A stretch of 64,000 bases of DNA from Candidatus Magasanikiibacteriota bacterium (GCA_943357105.1 CALRGC010000001.1:17045-81044), one strand, 5' to 3'. Positions 47,430 to 59,517 are shown, counted from the stretch's first letter. The notes: generated by a model not told the origin, from the letters alone. Made by a program: numbers and translations.

Positions 47430-49268
47430 TTAAACTTCAATAATCACCGGTAAAATCATCGGACGTTTTTCAGTTTTGGTATAGAGAAACTGTCCCACGT
47501 AGTCGCGAATTTTATTGCGAATATTATTGGTATCGGCCCAAGAGAGCGGGTCAGATTCGGTAACAATTTTTTTCACGCGATGACGTAGATCCTCGATCAG
47601 TTCTTTATGCTCTTTGAGGAAGATAAAACCACGAGAAATAATATCTGGATTTTGAACCAATCTTCCACTTTTGGAATCAACGGTAGCGATAATTACCACC
47701 ATACCATCCTCAGCCAATACTTGGCGATCGCGCAAGACGACGTTGGTTTCATCCGATACTCCGAGGCCATCGACAAACACATAGTCAGACGGAATTTTTT
47801 CTTTGGTCAAAGTACCGACACCATTTTGGAATTCCATTACCTGGCCATTGTCAGCAATAAATACATTTTCTTTGGCCATGCCGATAGAGGTGGCGATGCG
47901 GCCGTTATAATGTAATAAGAAGTGGTTGCCGTGAATTGGTACAAAATATTTTGGCGCGACTAAACGCAACATTAATTTTACATCGTCGGCTTTGGCATGA
48001 CCACCAGCATGCACATCCATCATCTGATAATGAATCACTTCGGCGCCACGGCGAAATAGAGTGTCTTTGAGTCTTTGCACCGTGCGTTCGTTGCCCGGAA
48101 TTACCGAAGATGAAAAGACAATCGTGTCACCCGGAATTAATTTGATAAAGCGATGTTCGCCATTGGCGATACGCATCAGGGCGGCATTTTTTTCCCCTTG
48201 AGCGCCGGTACAGATAATCATCGTTTTATTTTTTGGGTAATTATCTAGTTGTTTTAAATCCACGATAGTTTTGGAATTAAATTTCATGTAGCCGAGCTCC
48301 TAGGCGATTTCGATATTATTTTTCATGGAGAAGCCTTCAATGGCCACTACTTTGCCGGCTTTTTCGGCGATTTCGATCATCTGTTTAATGCGCGATAATA
48401 AGGAAGCAAAAGTACCGATGATCAAGCGACCCGGGACTTTTTTGATAATATCTTCTAGATTAGTACCAATTTCTGATTCAGAAATTTGGTGGCCAGGCTG
48501 TGAAGCATTGGTAGAGTCGGAAAGTAAAGCCAGTACGCCTTCGCTACCGATTTTGGCAATCTTTTGCAGATCAGCCGGAGCATCACCAGCTACCGGTTGA
48601 TAGTCAAATTTCCAGTCACCGGTATGAATAATCACACCTTCCGGTGTGCCAACTTTGATACCCATGGAGTCTGGAATATTATGATTGAGATGGAAAAATT
48701 CCACTTCAAAAATACCGAGTTTGAGTTTATTTTCTAAATTAACATTGTGAATAGATAAAGGACGCAGACCCTTGTAGTCTTCTTGGCGTTTTTTGATAAT
48801 GGCGTTGGTCAAAGGCAAGCCGTAAATTGGCGGATAACCCAAAACCGGAATAAGGTGAGGAATTCCGCCGATATGATCGTAGTGACCATGAGTGATAATT
48901 ACCCCGCGGATATTTTTTTCTTTACCTTTAAGGTAGTTCATGTTTGGGATGATGTAATCAATACCAGGCATGTCTTCTTCGGGGAATTGTAAACCCATGT
49001 CGATAATAATAATATCGTCACCGTATTCGAGAATAGTGCAGTTGCGGCCGATTTCTTCCAGACCGCCGACTACCATGACGCGTAATTTTTTTCCAAATGT
49101 AGCTGGAGTCGGAATGGTGGTGCGTACTCTTGGGAAAGAAGGTCCGCGAAAATTTCGCATTGAGTTAAAAGGTTGTGCTCCTTGCGGTTTGGCCGCTGGA
49201 GAATTTGGTGTTCGATTTGGCCGCGCGCTGTTGGCGCTGGCAAACGAACTTCTTGGTTGTGAAATCAT
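47430..49268 (-). CDS. rnj: Ribonuclease J interrupted by an in-frame TAG at 48300-48302
   Basis: GGLEEIGRN, THGHYDHIGG, HAGGHA, PIHG; both ORF halves are in one frame: IEIA*ELGYMKF. Confidence 0.9.
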
Positions 49269-49340
49269 AGATGATTTTTCTTTAAATAAATTAAAAGAAG
49301 ATATTTCCGCTTAAGCGCGGATTTAAATAAGTTTGTATTG

Positions 49341-49424
49341 TGGGCGAGAGAGGACTCGAACCTCCACAGGATTGCTCCCACAGGCTTCTGAGACCTGCGC
49401 GTCTACCAATTCCGCCACTCACCC
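49341..49424 (-). tRNA. tRNA-Leu(CAG)
   Basis: GGGTGAG acceptor stem, CTCAGAA loop, long variable arm, GTTCGAGTC T-loop. Confidence 0.92.
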
Positions 49425-49428
49425 GAAT

Positions 49429-51387
49429 TTAAAATTTAATTTGTCTGGTAGTTTTGGTGTACCAGTAATTTAGACCGCTCAATCTATCTTGAGGGCTTAC
49501 TAGGTTACCGGTTTCAACCCCTTTGATATCTTTGCTCACCGCCATAATATAGGTAGGTGAATAAAGGAAAATGGCCGGTAATTCAGAGGCTAAAATACCT
49601 TGAAATTTTTGATAAAGTTTCGCGCGGCTGTCGGTGTTTAGTGTCGTGCGGGCAGATTCCAATAATTTATCCGCGTCACGATTGGCAAACTTGGCTAAAT
49701 TTAGACCAGGATAATCGCTCTGGGTAGAATGCCAAAAAGAATATAGATCAGGATCGGCGCCAATCATTTCGCCATAAATCAAAATTTGATAATTTCTTTC
49801 TTTGAGCACATCGCGTACGATCTGGCGGCTATTGACCGAAATAACATTCGTTTGAATTCCTAAAGAGCGCCACATTTGAGCGATTTGTTCGGCCGTTTTT
49901 ATATATTCGGGAGTATCAGCCGTAGTAATGGATAAACGCAAGACATCATTTTTTCCGTTTTGACGGTAGAAACTTTGCCCCGAAGTCATTTCGGCACGAA
50001 TAGTTTGATTGATATTATTCTCATCACTAGCGGAGATTGGCTGAGTGGTTTCGGTAGTTGTTTTTTTACTTTTGCTATCAGCAGTATTGGTTGTCGGTGC
50101 TAAACTTTTGATAATTTGGGCGTAACGAATTTTAAAATATTCTTCCGGCTGAATGCGCGGCCATTTTTTGTCCAGGATAGTATTAGCGGCAGTCAGATCA
50201 AAGGGAATTTTTTTCACATCATCATAATATCCTAGATTACCTGGCAAGATTGGAGCGTCTAGCGCGATACCGTCGCCGTTTAAGGCTTCGTTGATAACGG
50301 TTTTTTTGTCTATTCCTTGAGCCAAAGCTCGGCGTAGGCTATCATCTTTTAGTTCGGTAGTATTTTGGTTAAAAAATAACGCGGTGTATTGTGGTAGTTG
50401 TAATCCAAAGTTATTTAGATTTTTTCCACTCACTTTATCTTTTAGATTGTGTGGTACAAAACTTAATCCTAAAATATTTTGACTGCGTAAAGATGAAAGT
50501 GCGTCATTAAAATTATCAAAAAATTTAAAAGTAACATTATTTAAATACGGTTTTTGTCCATAATAGTTGGTATTAGGAGCAAGTGTGTAGCTCTGTAAAT
50601 TACCACCACTATCTTTGACCATTTTTTCAAATTTCCATGGACCAGATCCGATTGGTTGTAAGTTGAATTTAGCCAAGCGCATATTGGCGGGAGTAATTTC
50701 CGACCAAATATGTTCTGGTAATATGCCCAAAGTAAGACTATCCAAAAAAGGCGCATAAGGAGTCTTAAGGGTAAAACGCACAGTGTTGTCAGAAATTTTG
50801 TCTATCCGCACTCCTTGAAAAGCCACAATTAACGGGCTACCAACTTCAGCATTTTGAAGAGTTTCAAAAGTGAATAAAATGTCATTGACGGTAAGCGGCT
50901 CGCCATCAGACCATTTTAGGTTTGGTTTAAGTTGGATATCATAGGTTTTTTGGTCCGCTCCCACTACAAATTTTTCAGCTAAATCTGGAACCAATTGTTT
51001 TTTGGAGTCATATTTGAGCAGACCGGAATAGATCAGAGAAGAGATGTCCGTATCAATATCATTGGTGGAAGCGAAAATCGGATTGACATATTTGGGAGTG
51101 CCTATAAGACCTTCGGAATATTCGCCGCCATTTTTTGGCGAAAGAATCGAATGTGTGGAAATAAAGTATGTGACCCAACCAATTAAAGTAACGGTCAATA
51201 AGACACTAGCGGCAATCAAAGTTTTCTTTTCGGTAGTACTAAGAAAATTTCCCAAGTATTTAAACTGGGTTAAGTTCGGAAGTTTGTCGGATTTGATTTG
51301 GTTACGAAGTTTTTTATCCAAGTAGTTACTTGGATTGGATTTGGCGCGTTTAAAACGTTCCAAATAGGAAGAAAGTTTCCAACTCAT
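49429..51387 (-). CDS. Peptide ABC transporter substrate-binding protein (family 5), membrane anchored
   Basis: GGEYSEG, LVPDLAE, WSDGEPLT..D, PIGSGP. Confidence 0.88.
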   Translation of the reverse strand: MSWKLSSYLERFKRAKSNPSNYLDKKLRNQIKSDKLPNLTQFKYLGNFLSTTEKKTLIAASVLLTVTLIGWVTYFISTHSILSPKNGGEYSEGLIGTPKYVNPIFASTNDIDTDISSLIYSGLLKYDSKKQLVPDLAEKFVVGADQKTYDIQLKPNLKWSDGEPLTVNDILFTFETLQNAEVGSPLIVAFQGVRIDKISDNTVRFTLKTPYAPFLDSLTLGILPEHIWSEITPANMRLAKFNLQPIGSGPWKFEKMVKDSGGNLQSYTLAPNTNYYGQKPYLNNVTFKFFDNFNDALSSLRSQNILGLSFVPHNLKDKVSGKNLNNFGLQLPQYTALFFNQNTTELKDDSLRRALAQGIDKKTVINEALNGDGIALDAPILPGNLGYYDDVKKIPFDLTAANTILDKKWPRIQPEEYFKIRYAQIIKSLAPTTNTADSKSKKTTTETTQPISASDENNINQTIRAEMTSGQSFYRQNGKNDVLRLSITTADTPEYIKTAEQIAQMWRSLGIQTNVISVNSRQIVRDVLKERNYQILIYGEMIGADPDLYSFWHSTQSDYPGLNLAKFANRDADKLLESARTTLNTDSRAKLYQKFQGILASELPAIFLYSPTYIMAVSKDIKGVETGNLVSPQDRLSGLNYWYTKTTRQIKF

Positions 51388-51409
51388 GAAATATTGTTAA
51401 GCTCCCGGT

Positions 51410-51631
51410 TTATTGGATAACCAGGCGAACCAAAGAAACGATGAAGAAAATAGCGGCGGTGGCAATCGTGATATAGTGCAAAATTTTGTCCAGACCACGT
51501 TTGGTGCTGTAAATATTGCCTGATCCGCCAAAAATACCACTTAGACCACTGCCTTTTTGTTGTAGTAAGACTGTTAAAATTAGCACAATGGCTAAAACCA
51601 ACTGGATGATGTTTAAGATAGTTTCTTTCAT
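51410..51631 (-). CDS. secG: Preprotein translocase SecG
   Basis: VLLQQKGSGLSGIFGG, two TM segments. Confidence 0.92.
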   Translation of the reverse strand: MKETILNIIQLVLAIVLILTVLLQQKGSGLSGIFGGSGNIYSTKRGLDKILHYITIATAAIFFIVSLVRLVIQ

Positions 51632-51760
51632 AAACTGTTTTAAGCCTAAAGAAGACGATTATAGTGGTTATTATTATACCATGATTGATCCAAAGTGTCA
51701 ATGGGAGTATTGATTTATTTTAAATTGTGGTATAATATGACTGCTTAATATAATAATCCT

Positions 51761-52516
51761 ATGGTTTTTAATAATTCACCACTTTCCTTGCGCTGGTATC
51801 AGCGTTTTGGTGGAGTGCTGGGGGTAGCGCTTGGGGTGACCGCTGTTGCCGCAGTTCTTTTTTTTGCTGGTTTTGTTTGGTATTATTACCATCAAATTCA
51901 AAACGGTAATGGTGAAATATTATTACAAAATTTTTATGGCGGATTTACGGCGGCCGATAAGAATTCCAAAATTGGATCATCTGATGTGAATCGCTCTGAA
52001 GTTGAGCTGGTTGGAGCACCATTTATTGGCAGTAATAATCCCAAAGTCACTATAGTTGAATTTGTAGATTTTAAATGTCCAAATTGTAAGGCCGAAGCGC
52101 CAATTTTGCGTCAGGTGATGCAGAAATATGGCGGCAAGGTAAAATTAATTATGCGTAATTTTCCGATAGAATCTACCCATCCCGGCGCCAATCAACTGGC
52201 AGTTTTGGGGCAGTGTGCCTATTACCAAGGCTGGTATTGGCCCCTACACGATTGGCTGTTTAATAATCAAGATAAACTCGGCGATAGTTTTGCTACTAGT
52301 GATATTGATGATTTGAATATATTTTTTTCTTGGGACGCCAAAAAAATGAAAGAATGTTTTAATAGCCAGGAGGCAAAAGTTTTAGTAAATAAAGATTATG
52401 CCGATGCTGGTCGTTTCGGTGTGGCCGGTACGCCAACTTTTTTTATCAACGGTAAAAAAGTGGAGGGTGTTATCCCGTTTGAAGTCTGGGATAATTTTTT
52501 AAGAAACGTTAAATAA
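51761..52516 (+). CDS. DsbA-family oxidoreductase with N-terminal TM
   Basis: EFVDFKCPNC, GVAGTPTFFING. Confidence 0.88.
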   Translation: MVFNNSPLSLRWYQRFGGVLGVALGVTAVAAVLFFAGFVWYYYHQIQNGNGEILLQNFYGGFTAADKNSKIGSSDVNRSEVELVGAPFIGSNNPKVTIVEFVDFKCPNCKAEAPILRQVMQKYGGKVKLIMRNFPIESTHPGANQLAVLGQCAYYQGWYWPLHDWLFNNQDKLGDSFATSDIDDLNIFFSWDAKKMKECFNSQEAKVLVNKDYADAGRFGVAGTPTFFINGKKVEGVIPFEVWDNFLRNVK

Positions 52517-52520
52517 TTTT

Positions 52521-54086
52521 ATGCGAACAAAAATTTTATTGACGTTAATTGTTTTTTCTTTTTTAGTACCTGTTTTGGTAAAAGCCGCTGGAGTGACTCC
52601 AGAGTTAAATCCGATCTGTTGGCGCGAAAAAGACTGCCAAACGGCCAGATCTAAGTTTAATATTGATCCCAGTAATAGCGGTTGGCTGAAAAATGAAGAT
52701 CCCTGCAATAGTCCGGAATGGGGTAAATGTTTGCCTACCTCTCAAACTAAAACTACTATTTCTTTTGGTGGTAGAAAATCCTTTTCTGATATTGGAGATT
52801 TTATTAAATATAATTATAATCTAGCTTTGAGTATTGCTGGTATCTTGGCGGTAATTATGATGGTAGTGGCCGGAATCCAATGGGTGACATCGGGTGGAAA
52901 CAGCGAGATGATCAGTAGCGCTAAAAAAAGAATTGGTGGTGCGCTCATTGGTTTATTGATTGCCTATTTATCTTATACTATATTGAATACGGTCAATCCG
53001 GCATTGGTAAATTTACGTTTGCCCCAAGTTTATATGATCAGGCCGGTGAATTTGGTGCTGGGTAACAATTGTGTTGATTTGGAAAAACCTTGGAAAGTTG
53101 CGCCAGTGAAAGATGCGACTGAAGTGCCGGCAGAAAATACGTTCATTGATCCGTTTAAAGAGTTTGATTTAAAGGATATCTGTAAAGACGATGTTAGCAA
53201 TGCTAAGGCCTTAAATCCATTTCGAGAAGATTTTACCAAATGTGGGCAGATGTATTTGGTAAAAGATGGTGGTGGCAATACTTGTATGGGTACTAAATGT
53301 GATAAAGAAGAGGTGTGTAATAAGAATAAATGTGAAAAGTTTGTTAGCCCGGGTGGTGGCCAAAACAATGGTATTATGGGAAAAATTTCCTTTAGCGATG
53401 ATAAATATCTCGACGGCCTTCAGCTGTATGCCGCCTGTAAAGATGGTTCTTCAGTAAAAGTTAATCCGGAGATGGGCAAAGGTAATGGATTTTTGTCTTA
53501 TGCCTCTACCAATATAAATTTATCCAACGACTCTGGCACCTATTGTGGTGGTTTTGATAATATCGATGGTTTCTTTTTTGAGATGGAAGTTAATGATTCT
53601 GACACAGCTCCTAGTAAAGACGATGAGTGGATAGGTGGCATATCTTTATGTAAAAATATTTCCGGTGGTGGTAGCTGTGGTGCTTGGGGTGGCAATAGTA
53701 TTGATGCTGAAGAAAAAAGTTTGGCGGTCCTTAGCATGGGACTTAATGGACAGCTTATTCCTGCCGAAAATTTGAAGAACGGTTTTATATGTGATCTGGA
53801 TATCAATCCACAGTCAATGCCCAATATTGGAAATGGAATTTTACAAAGTACTGGGGCTGGTTTAGTTGGTATGGTTTTTTCAGAAAAAGGAGTCAAGTTG
53901 GCTCAGAAAGTTGATTTACTTAAGCAAGAAAATTATATTGCCGGTGTAAATTATAGTTGTGCCGCTTTTGATAAAAGCGCCGGAGCATTTCAAGCAAAAT
54001 TAAAAAAGGTACAGTGTAAATGTTGGGATACTTGGAGTGAAAATGCCAAACAGAAGCATCCTAAAGATGAATTTTGTAGTAATTAA
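52521..54086 (+). CDS. Secreted/membrane Cys-rich protein with TrbC/VirB2 pilin-like hairpin
   Basis: Signal peptide; AVIMMVVAGIQW.TSGG...AKKRI..ALIGL..YTIL..VNP.L; many Cys. Confidence 0.75.
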   Translation: MRTKILLTLIVFSFLVPVLVKAAGVTPELNPICWREKDCQTARSKFNIDPSNSGWLKNEDPCNSPEWGKCLPTSQTKTTISFGGRKSFSDIGDFIKYNYNLALSIAGILAVIMMVVAGIQWVTSGGNSEMISSAKKRIGGALIGLLIAYLSYTILNTVNPALVNLRLPQVYMIRPVNLVLGNNCVDLEKPWKVAPVKDATEVPAENTFIDPFKEFDLKDICKDDVSNAKALNPFREDFTKCGQMYLVKDGGGNTCMGTKCDKEEVCNKNKCEKFVSPGGGQNNGIMGKISFSDDKYLDGLQLYAACKDGSSVKVNPEMGKGNGFLSYASTNINLSNDSGTYCGGFDNIDGFFFEMEVNDSDTAPSKDDEWIGGISLCKNISGGGSCGAWGGNSIDAEEKSLAVLSMGLNGQLIPAENLKNGFICDLDINPQSMPNIGNGILQSTGAGLVGMVFSEKGVKLAQKVDLLKQENYIAGVNYSCAAFDKSAGAFQAKLKKVQCKCWDTWSENAKQKHPKDEFCSN

Positions 54087-54089
54087 TCT

Positions 54090-56930
54090 ATGCCAAAAAT
54101 AAATCATGATCAGCTCATTATAAGAGGTGCTCGGGTCCACAATCTAAAAAATGTCAGTGTCGAAATTCCCAAAAATAAATTAGTGGTGGTGACTGGATTG
54201 TCTGGTTCCGGCAAATCTTCTTTGGCTTTTGACACTATCTATGCCGAAGGTCAGCGCCGTTATGCCGAGTCGCTGTCGGCCTATGCCCGGCAATTTATGG
54301 ATGTGCAGGATAAGCCGGCGGTGGACTCTATTGATGGATTGTCGCCAACTATCGCGATTGATCAAAAAATTTCTACGCAAAATCCGCGCTCGACCGTGGG
54401 TACGACTACCGAGATTTATGATTATTTGCGTTTGTTGTTCGCGCGTGCCGGGACGCAATATTGTCCGGATTGTCATGAAGTCGCTCAGTCCAATACTTTG
54501 GGCGAAATCGTGGAACAAGCCAGAAAATTGGCGCGTACTAGTGCCCCAGTTTTGATTTTATGCCCTCTGGTTCGTCGTGATGTAATTGAATTAAAGTCGG
54601 TGCTCGAAACGGTGGAGCGTTCGGGCTATGATTTGGTGCGGCTGGATGGCAAAACTATGAAGATTCACGATTTGGTGAAATGTCATTTTGAACCCAATGA
54701 AAAACATGATTTGGAGATCGTAATTGGTAAAGTCAGTGATGTCAAAAAGGACGATCTATTTAAAGCCATCAATACAGCCATAGATCTAAGTAACGGTAGC
54801 TGTGTGCTCTCGGCCAAAGGCGACGATCATTTTTTTACCACTTTTGCCTATTGTGCCAAGTGTGGGCGCAAGATGCCGGAATTGGATGTGCGTAGTTTTA
54901 GCTTTAACAGTCCATTTGGCGCATGTCCGCGTTGTACCGGTCTTGGGGTGACGATGGAAGTCGATGCGGAATTGGTGATGCCTAATACCAGGCTATCACT
55001 TTCTGAGGGAGCGATTCAGCCGTGGATGCGCATTACCGGCAATCAGGTTTGGTATACCAAACTCCTCCAAGCGGTGGCGGCTAAGCACGATTTTTCTTTG
55101 CATCTGCCGGTGGCTGATCTGCCCTCTAGAGTACTGGATATGATTTTATATGGTACGGGTAGCGATGTTTATGAAATTGAAAATAAAAAAGTAAGTTTTA
55201 GTGGGGTAGTATCCGATCTGCTCAAACGACACCTGGAAACCAATTCAGAATATGTGCGCAAAGAGATCGAGCAATATATGCGTGAAAAAACTTGTCCGGT
55301 TTGTCAGGGCAAGCGTTTGCGTCAAGAATCGCTCTGGGTAAAAATTAAAGATATAAATATAGCGGATCTGGCGGCTCTGAGTATTGACGAAGATGTGGAG
55401 ATGCTCAAAAAATGTGAAGAGGGTAATAAGAATGACGATGTTAAAGGAAAAATTTTTGAAACTATTATTAAAGAATTAAAACCACGTTTGCGTAATTTGT
55501 CGCAAGTGGGTTTGGGGTATCTGAGTTTGGATAGATCTATGAATACACTTTCGGGTGGTGAAGTGACCCGTGTGCGTTTGGCCACTCAACTTTCTTCTGG
55601 TTTGACCGGCGTGATTTATGTGCTCGATGAACCATCGGTCGGTCTGCATTCGCGTGATAATGAAAAATTAATTTCTACCTTGAAATATTTGCGTGATTTG
55701 GGCAATAGCGTGATTGTGGTAGAGCACGATAGCGCGATGATGGCCGCGGCCGATTATCTCATTGATGTTGGTCCGGGCGCGGGAATTTATGGTGGTAAAA
55801 TTATTGCCGAAGGTACCTATGAACAGATAAAGAAAAATAAAAATTCTCTTACCGGTGCTTATCTGAGTGGTCGGGAATCTATTTATGAAGCTCCAACTAA
55901 ATCCAAAAGTAAAAAAGAGACAACAAATACTAAAAACAATAAAAAAGAAAAATTTTTGTCGGTAGTTGGCGCTTCCGCTTTTAATTTAAAAAATATTACC
56001 GTGGATTTTCCACTCAATAAGACGGTCTGTGTCACCGGTGTTTCCGGTTCCGGTAAATCCACCCTGGTAATTAATATTTTGGCCGCCGCTTTGAGCAAAC
56101 ATTTTTATCGCAGTAAAGAAGAACCTGGATCACATAAAGAGATTAAGGGTTTGGAAAATATCGACAAAGTAATTTCTATCGATCAAGTGGCTATCGGACG
56201 CACCCCGCGCTCCAATCCGGCTACTTATACCGGTATTTTTACTCTGATTCGCGATCTATTTTCAGCTTTGCCCGAAGCCAGAATGCGCGGTTATGATGCC
56301 GGCAAATTTAGTTTTAATGTTAAAGGCGGGGGTCGTTGTGAAGCCTGCGCCGGTGAAGGCTATGTGCGTATTCCAATGCAATTTTTGGCCGATGTTTTTG
56401 TGACTTGTAGTGAATGTGGTGGTACGAGGTACAATCAAGAAGTATTGGAAGTACATTACTTGGATAAAAATATTGCCGAAGTATTGAATATGACGGTGGA
56501 GGAGGCTTATAAATTTTTTAGTGGCGTGCCGACTTTGGCGGAGAAATTAAATATTTTGCGCAATGTTGGTTTGGGGTATCTCGCTTTGGGACAGCCAGCG
56601 ACTACATTGTCCGGCGGTGAAGCTCAGCGTATTAAATTGGCCACCGAATTGGCGCGTGTTTCTACCGGCAATACTTTATATATTTTGGATGAGCCGACTA
56701 CTGGCTTGCATTTTGAAGATATAAAAAGATTGCTCGCGGTATTGAAACAACTTTCCGACAAAGGTAATACTGTGCTCATTATTGAACACAACACCGACGT
56801 GATTAAATCTTGTGACTGGGTAATTGAGCTTGGTCCTGAGGGCGGCAAAGGTGGCGGTGAATTGGTATTTGCCGGTTTGCCAGAAGATCTCAAGAAGAGT
56901 AAGAAAAGTTGGACGGCAAAGTATCTATAA
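54090..56930 (+). CDS. uvrA: Excinuclease ABC subunit A
   Basis: [22 protein letters not shown], two ABC domains, zinc fingers. Confidence 0.96.
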   Translation: MPKINHDQLIIRGARVHNLKNVSVEIPKNKLVVVTGLSGSGKSSLAFDTIYAEGQRRYAESLSAYARQFMDVQDKPAVDSIDGLSPTIAIDQKISTQNPRSTVGTTTEIYDYLRLLFARAGTQYCPDCHEVAQSNTLGEIVEQARKLARTSAPVLILCPLVRRDVIELKSVLETVERSGYDLVRLDGKTMKIHDLVKCHFEPNEKHDLEIVIGKVSDVKKDDLFKAINTAIDLSNGSCVLSAKGDDHFFTTFAYCAKCGRKMPELDVRSFSFNSPFGACPRCTGLGVTMEVDAELVMPNTRLSLSEGAIQPWMRITGNQVWYTKLLQAVAAKHDFSLHLPVADLPSRVLDMILYGTGSDVYEIENKKVSFSGVVSDLLKRHLETNSEYVRKEIEQYMREKTCPVCQGKRLRQESLWVKIKDINIADLAALSIDEDVEMLKKCEEGNKNDDVKGKIFETIIKELKPRLRNLSQVGLGYLSLDRSMNTLSGGEVTRVRLATQLSSGLTGVIYVLDEPSVGLHSRDNEKLISTLKYLRDLGNSVIVVEHDSAMMAAADYLIDVGPGAGIYGGKIIAEGTYEQIKKNKNSLTGAYLSGRESIYEAPTKSKSKKETTNTKNNKKEKFLSVVGASAFNLKNITVDFPLNKTVCVTGVSGSGKSTLVINILAAALSKHFYRSKEEPGSHKEIKGLENIDKVISIDQVAIGRTPRSNPATYTGIFTLIRDLFSALPEARMRGYDAGKFSFNVKGGGRCEACAGEGYVRIPMQFLADVFVTCSECGGTRYNQEVLEVHYLDKNIAEVLNMTVEEAYKFFSGVPTLAEKLNILRNVGLGYLALGQPATTLSGGEAQRIKLATELARVSTGNTLYILDEPTTGLHFEDIKRLLAVLKQLSDKGNTVLIIEHNTDVIKSCDWVIELGPEGGKGGGELVFAGLPEDLKKSKKSWTAKYL

Positions 56931-56977
56931 TCTATAAAAAGAAAAAGACCACAATTTTGTGGTCTTTTTTATAAATT

Positions 56978-57310
56978 TTATTTTGCTTCCTGTAATTTGC
57001 GTTTGAAATCCGGATTGCGTAAGTAGTTGAGGCGAGCACGGCGCACAGCCATCTGTTTTACTACTTCGATTTTGTCCACTACGGGAGAATAGATTGGGAA
57101 GATTTTTTCCACACCGACACCGTCGGAAACTTTGCGAACGGTAATGGTGGATCCGGCCTCTTTGCCGTGTTTGGCGGCAATTACTGTGCCTTCAAAGATC
57201 TGGATACGCTCTTTTTCTTCACCCTTGGTATTCATTTCTTTAATTTTTTGGTGGACTTTTACCACCATGCCCGGCTTGTAGATAACAGCCGTATTAGTAT
57301 TTTCAGTCAT
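56978..57310 (-). CDS. rplS: 50S ribosomal protein L19
   Basis: [34 protein letters not shown]. Confidence 0.95.
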   Translation of the reverse strand: MTENTNTAVIYKPGMVVKVHQKIKEMNTKGEEKERIQIFEGTVIAAKHGKEAGSTITVRKVSDGVGVEKIFPIYSPVVDKIEVVKQMAVRRARLNYLRNPDFKRKLQEAK

Positions 57311-57392
57311 AAGATTATTTTAGCTTTTAACAGTGGGCTTATTTTAGCCGATTTTTTGAATTTTGTCAATATCTGGTCGGTTTAGTCGTTTT

Positions 57393-57953
57393 TTACTGAT
57401 TAGAAGAGATAATTTTGGCTACGTTGTCGATAGTTTCGTCCAAATGGCCGGCTTTATTAACTACTTGAAATTGATATTCTTTGGCTGCCTGGATTTCCTG
57501 TTTGGCCGTTTCAAGGCGTAATTCCAATTCCGCCTCATTGACCCCACCGCGGTTCAAGATACGCTTTTTAAGATCATTCAAATTATCCGGTAATAAAAAA
57601 ATGGATAAATTTTTTATGCCGGCTTGGGCATAATTACGACGTCCCTGCACATCCACATTGGAGAAGACAACATCAAAATTTTGTAATTTGTTTTCCAGTT
57701 CGGATTTTTGCACGCCGTAGTAATTATCTGCGTAAGTAGCGTATTCCATCATTTCACCATTTTTTATCTTGTTTTCAAAATCCGTTTTGTCGGTAAAATA
57801 ATAAGTGATGCCACTTATGTCTTCGGGACGAGGAGAGCGGGTAGTAGTGGTGACTAATTTGGCGGAGCGTGGAATTCTTTTTATCAGTGCGCGAATCACC
57901 GCGTCTTTGCCTCCGCCCGATGGTGAAGAAATTATTACAAACAATCCAGACAT
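57393..57953 (-). CDS. gmk: Guanylate kinase
   Basis: SSPSGGGKD, TTRSPRP, YYG, DVQG. Confidence 0.92.
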   Translation of the reverse strand: MSGLFVIISSPSGGGKDAVIRALIKRIPRSAKLVTTTTRSPRPEDISGITYYFTDKTDFENKIKNGEMMEYATYADNYYGVQKSELENKLQNFDVVFSNVDVQGRRNYAQAGIKNLSIFLLPDNLNDLKKRILNRGGVNEAELELRLETAKQEIQAAKEYQFQVVNKAGHLDETIDNVAKIISSNQ

Positions 57954-57954
57954 A

Positions 57955-58920
57955 TTATTTCAGGAGCAATAAAAAGTCGGCCAACGGTTTGGGCAGAGCG
58001 GAAATAAATTCTTGCTTTTCACCATTTAAATCCACAAAACCTAATTTAACACAGTGTAAAAATAATCGGCCACAAACTCTATCCCATTTGTCTTTGCGTT
58101 TTTTTTGAAAGTACAAAGGGTCACCAACGACTGGATGATTATAGGCGAGCAGATGGGCGCGAATTTGGTGCATGCGTCCGGTGTGAATTTTTACTTTCAA
58201 AAGAGTAAAATTTATGAAACGTTTTTCGACATCAAATTCAGTAAGCGCTTCTTTACCAAGAGTATTCACGCGTCCGTATTCGGTGGCGGGTAGAGCCGAC
58301 ATTCTTTCGACATTGCGACCGCGTTCAAGTGGAAAATTGATAGAATCAAAATCTTTGCTGGTTTTACCGTGAGCCAATACGAGATATTCTTTTTCCACGG
58401 TGCGATTTTTGAATTGATCTTTGAGATGCTCAAACATTTTTTGTGTTCGCGCTACCACCAATAGACCAGAGGCTTCTTTGTCGAGGCGGTGCACAATGCC
58501 CGGACGTTTTGGATCATCACCGACTTTTTTTAAGGCCGGATATTTTTTGGCCAGCATTGAAGCTAGTGAATCGGTTTCGTTTTTTTCGGTGGAGTGGGTG
58601 AGTAGGCCATAAGGTTTTTCTACTACCAAATAGTCCGGAGTTTCTTTGATAATGTTAATTTTAAATTTTTCTTTTTTTATTTTTTCCTCTTTGACGGTTA
58701 ATTTTTTTTCTGGCGCGGCTTTATTCACAATTACTTTGTCGGTGGCGCGAATCGAGCCGCCGGTTTTGGTAACAATTTTTCCATTTACGGTTACCTGATT
58801 ATTATCAATCAATTTTTTTATTTGCGAGCGGGAAATTTTTAGTTTGGCGGATAAAAAAATATCCAACCGTTGTGATGGTATGGGTTTCTGCTCTTGATTT
58901 TTTTTGGCAATTTTTTTCAT
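57955..58920 (-). CDS. RluA/RluD-family pseudouridine synthase
   Basis: S4 domain, GIVHRLDKEASG, TGRMHQIR, GDPLY. Confidence 0.92.
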   Translation of the reverse strand: MKKIAKKNQEQKPIPSQRLDIFLSAKLKISRSQIKKLIDNNQVTVNGKIVTKTGGSIRATDKVIVNKAAPEKKLTVKEEKIKKEKFKINIIKETPDYLVVEKPYGLLTHSTEKNETDSLASMLAKKYPALKKVGDDPKRPGIVHRLDKEASGLLVVARTQKMFEHLKDQFKNRTVEKEYLVLAHGKTSKDFDSINFPLERGRNVERMSALPATEYGRVNTLGKEALTEFDVEKRFINFTLLKVKIHTGRMHQIRAHLLAYNHPVVGDPLYFQKKRKDKWDRVCGRLFLHCVKLGFVDLNGEKQEFISALPKPLADFLLLLK

Positions 58921-59502
58921 TTAGATTGATAATTTGATACGCGGAGCGGTTGGCCGGCCGCTGTTACTAGGTAAATTAGGAATGGAAGGATTATTTTTAT
59001 TTCTAATGGAGCTGGCAATACCACTGGAACCGTGGATGGTTTGACCGGCTGACACCACTCTGGTTTGGTCGCCAATCTGACTGACTTTAGCCGATGGTTG
59101 GCCAGCAATTGAAGTAATGCCGTGTGACTGAATTTCATCGCCGGCGCGGATAATGTCGCGACGAATGACCGGTTTCATCAGATGATGACTTAATTTTTTT
59201 ACGGCTTCGTGTTCGGTGGCGCTGAGATGTTCGCCTTTCATCGCCGCTTCGTGGCTGATTTTATGCATCATTTTTTCCGCTTGATTTTTGCTTAAACCGC
59301 CACGGCGAATGAGGTGTTGATTTTTTAGAACTACCGCGTTGATGACTTCTACCGCTACTTTGTTATCCTTGAGCGTGCCCATGCCGTGATAATTATTGAT
59401 AACGGCACTATGAAGTTTGCCGGCAAAACCGGAAGTATGTTTGGCTTGAAAAGACAAACCCGGCTTGGCGGTTGGCGAACTAAAATGTTCTAAAATTGAC
59501 AT
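58921..59502 (-). CDS. Hypothetical protein
   Basis: 193-aa ORF abutting the pseudouridine synthase gene, directly after the tRNA. Confidence 0.7.
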   Translation of the reverse strand: MSILEHFSSPTAKPGLSFQAKHTSGFAGKLHSAVINNYHGMGTLKDNKVAVEVINAVVLKNQHLIRRGGLSKNQAEKMMHKISHEAAMKGEHLSATEHEAVKKLSHHLMKPVIRRDIIRAGDEIQSHGITSIAGQPSAKVSQIGDQTRVVSAGQTIHGSSGIASSIRNKNNPSIPNLPSNSGRPTAPRIKLSI

Positions 59503-59517
59503 ATGTAAGAATTATTG

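Noticed and set aside
47430-49268. Genome-wide stop-codon reassignment
   Set aside because: TAG, TGA and TAA all terminate conserved genes at expected positions elsewhere in the window
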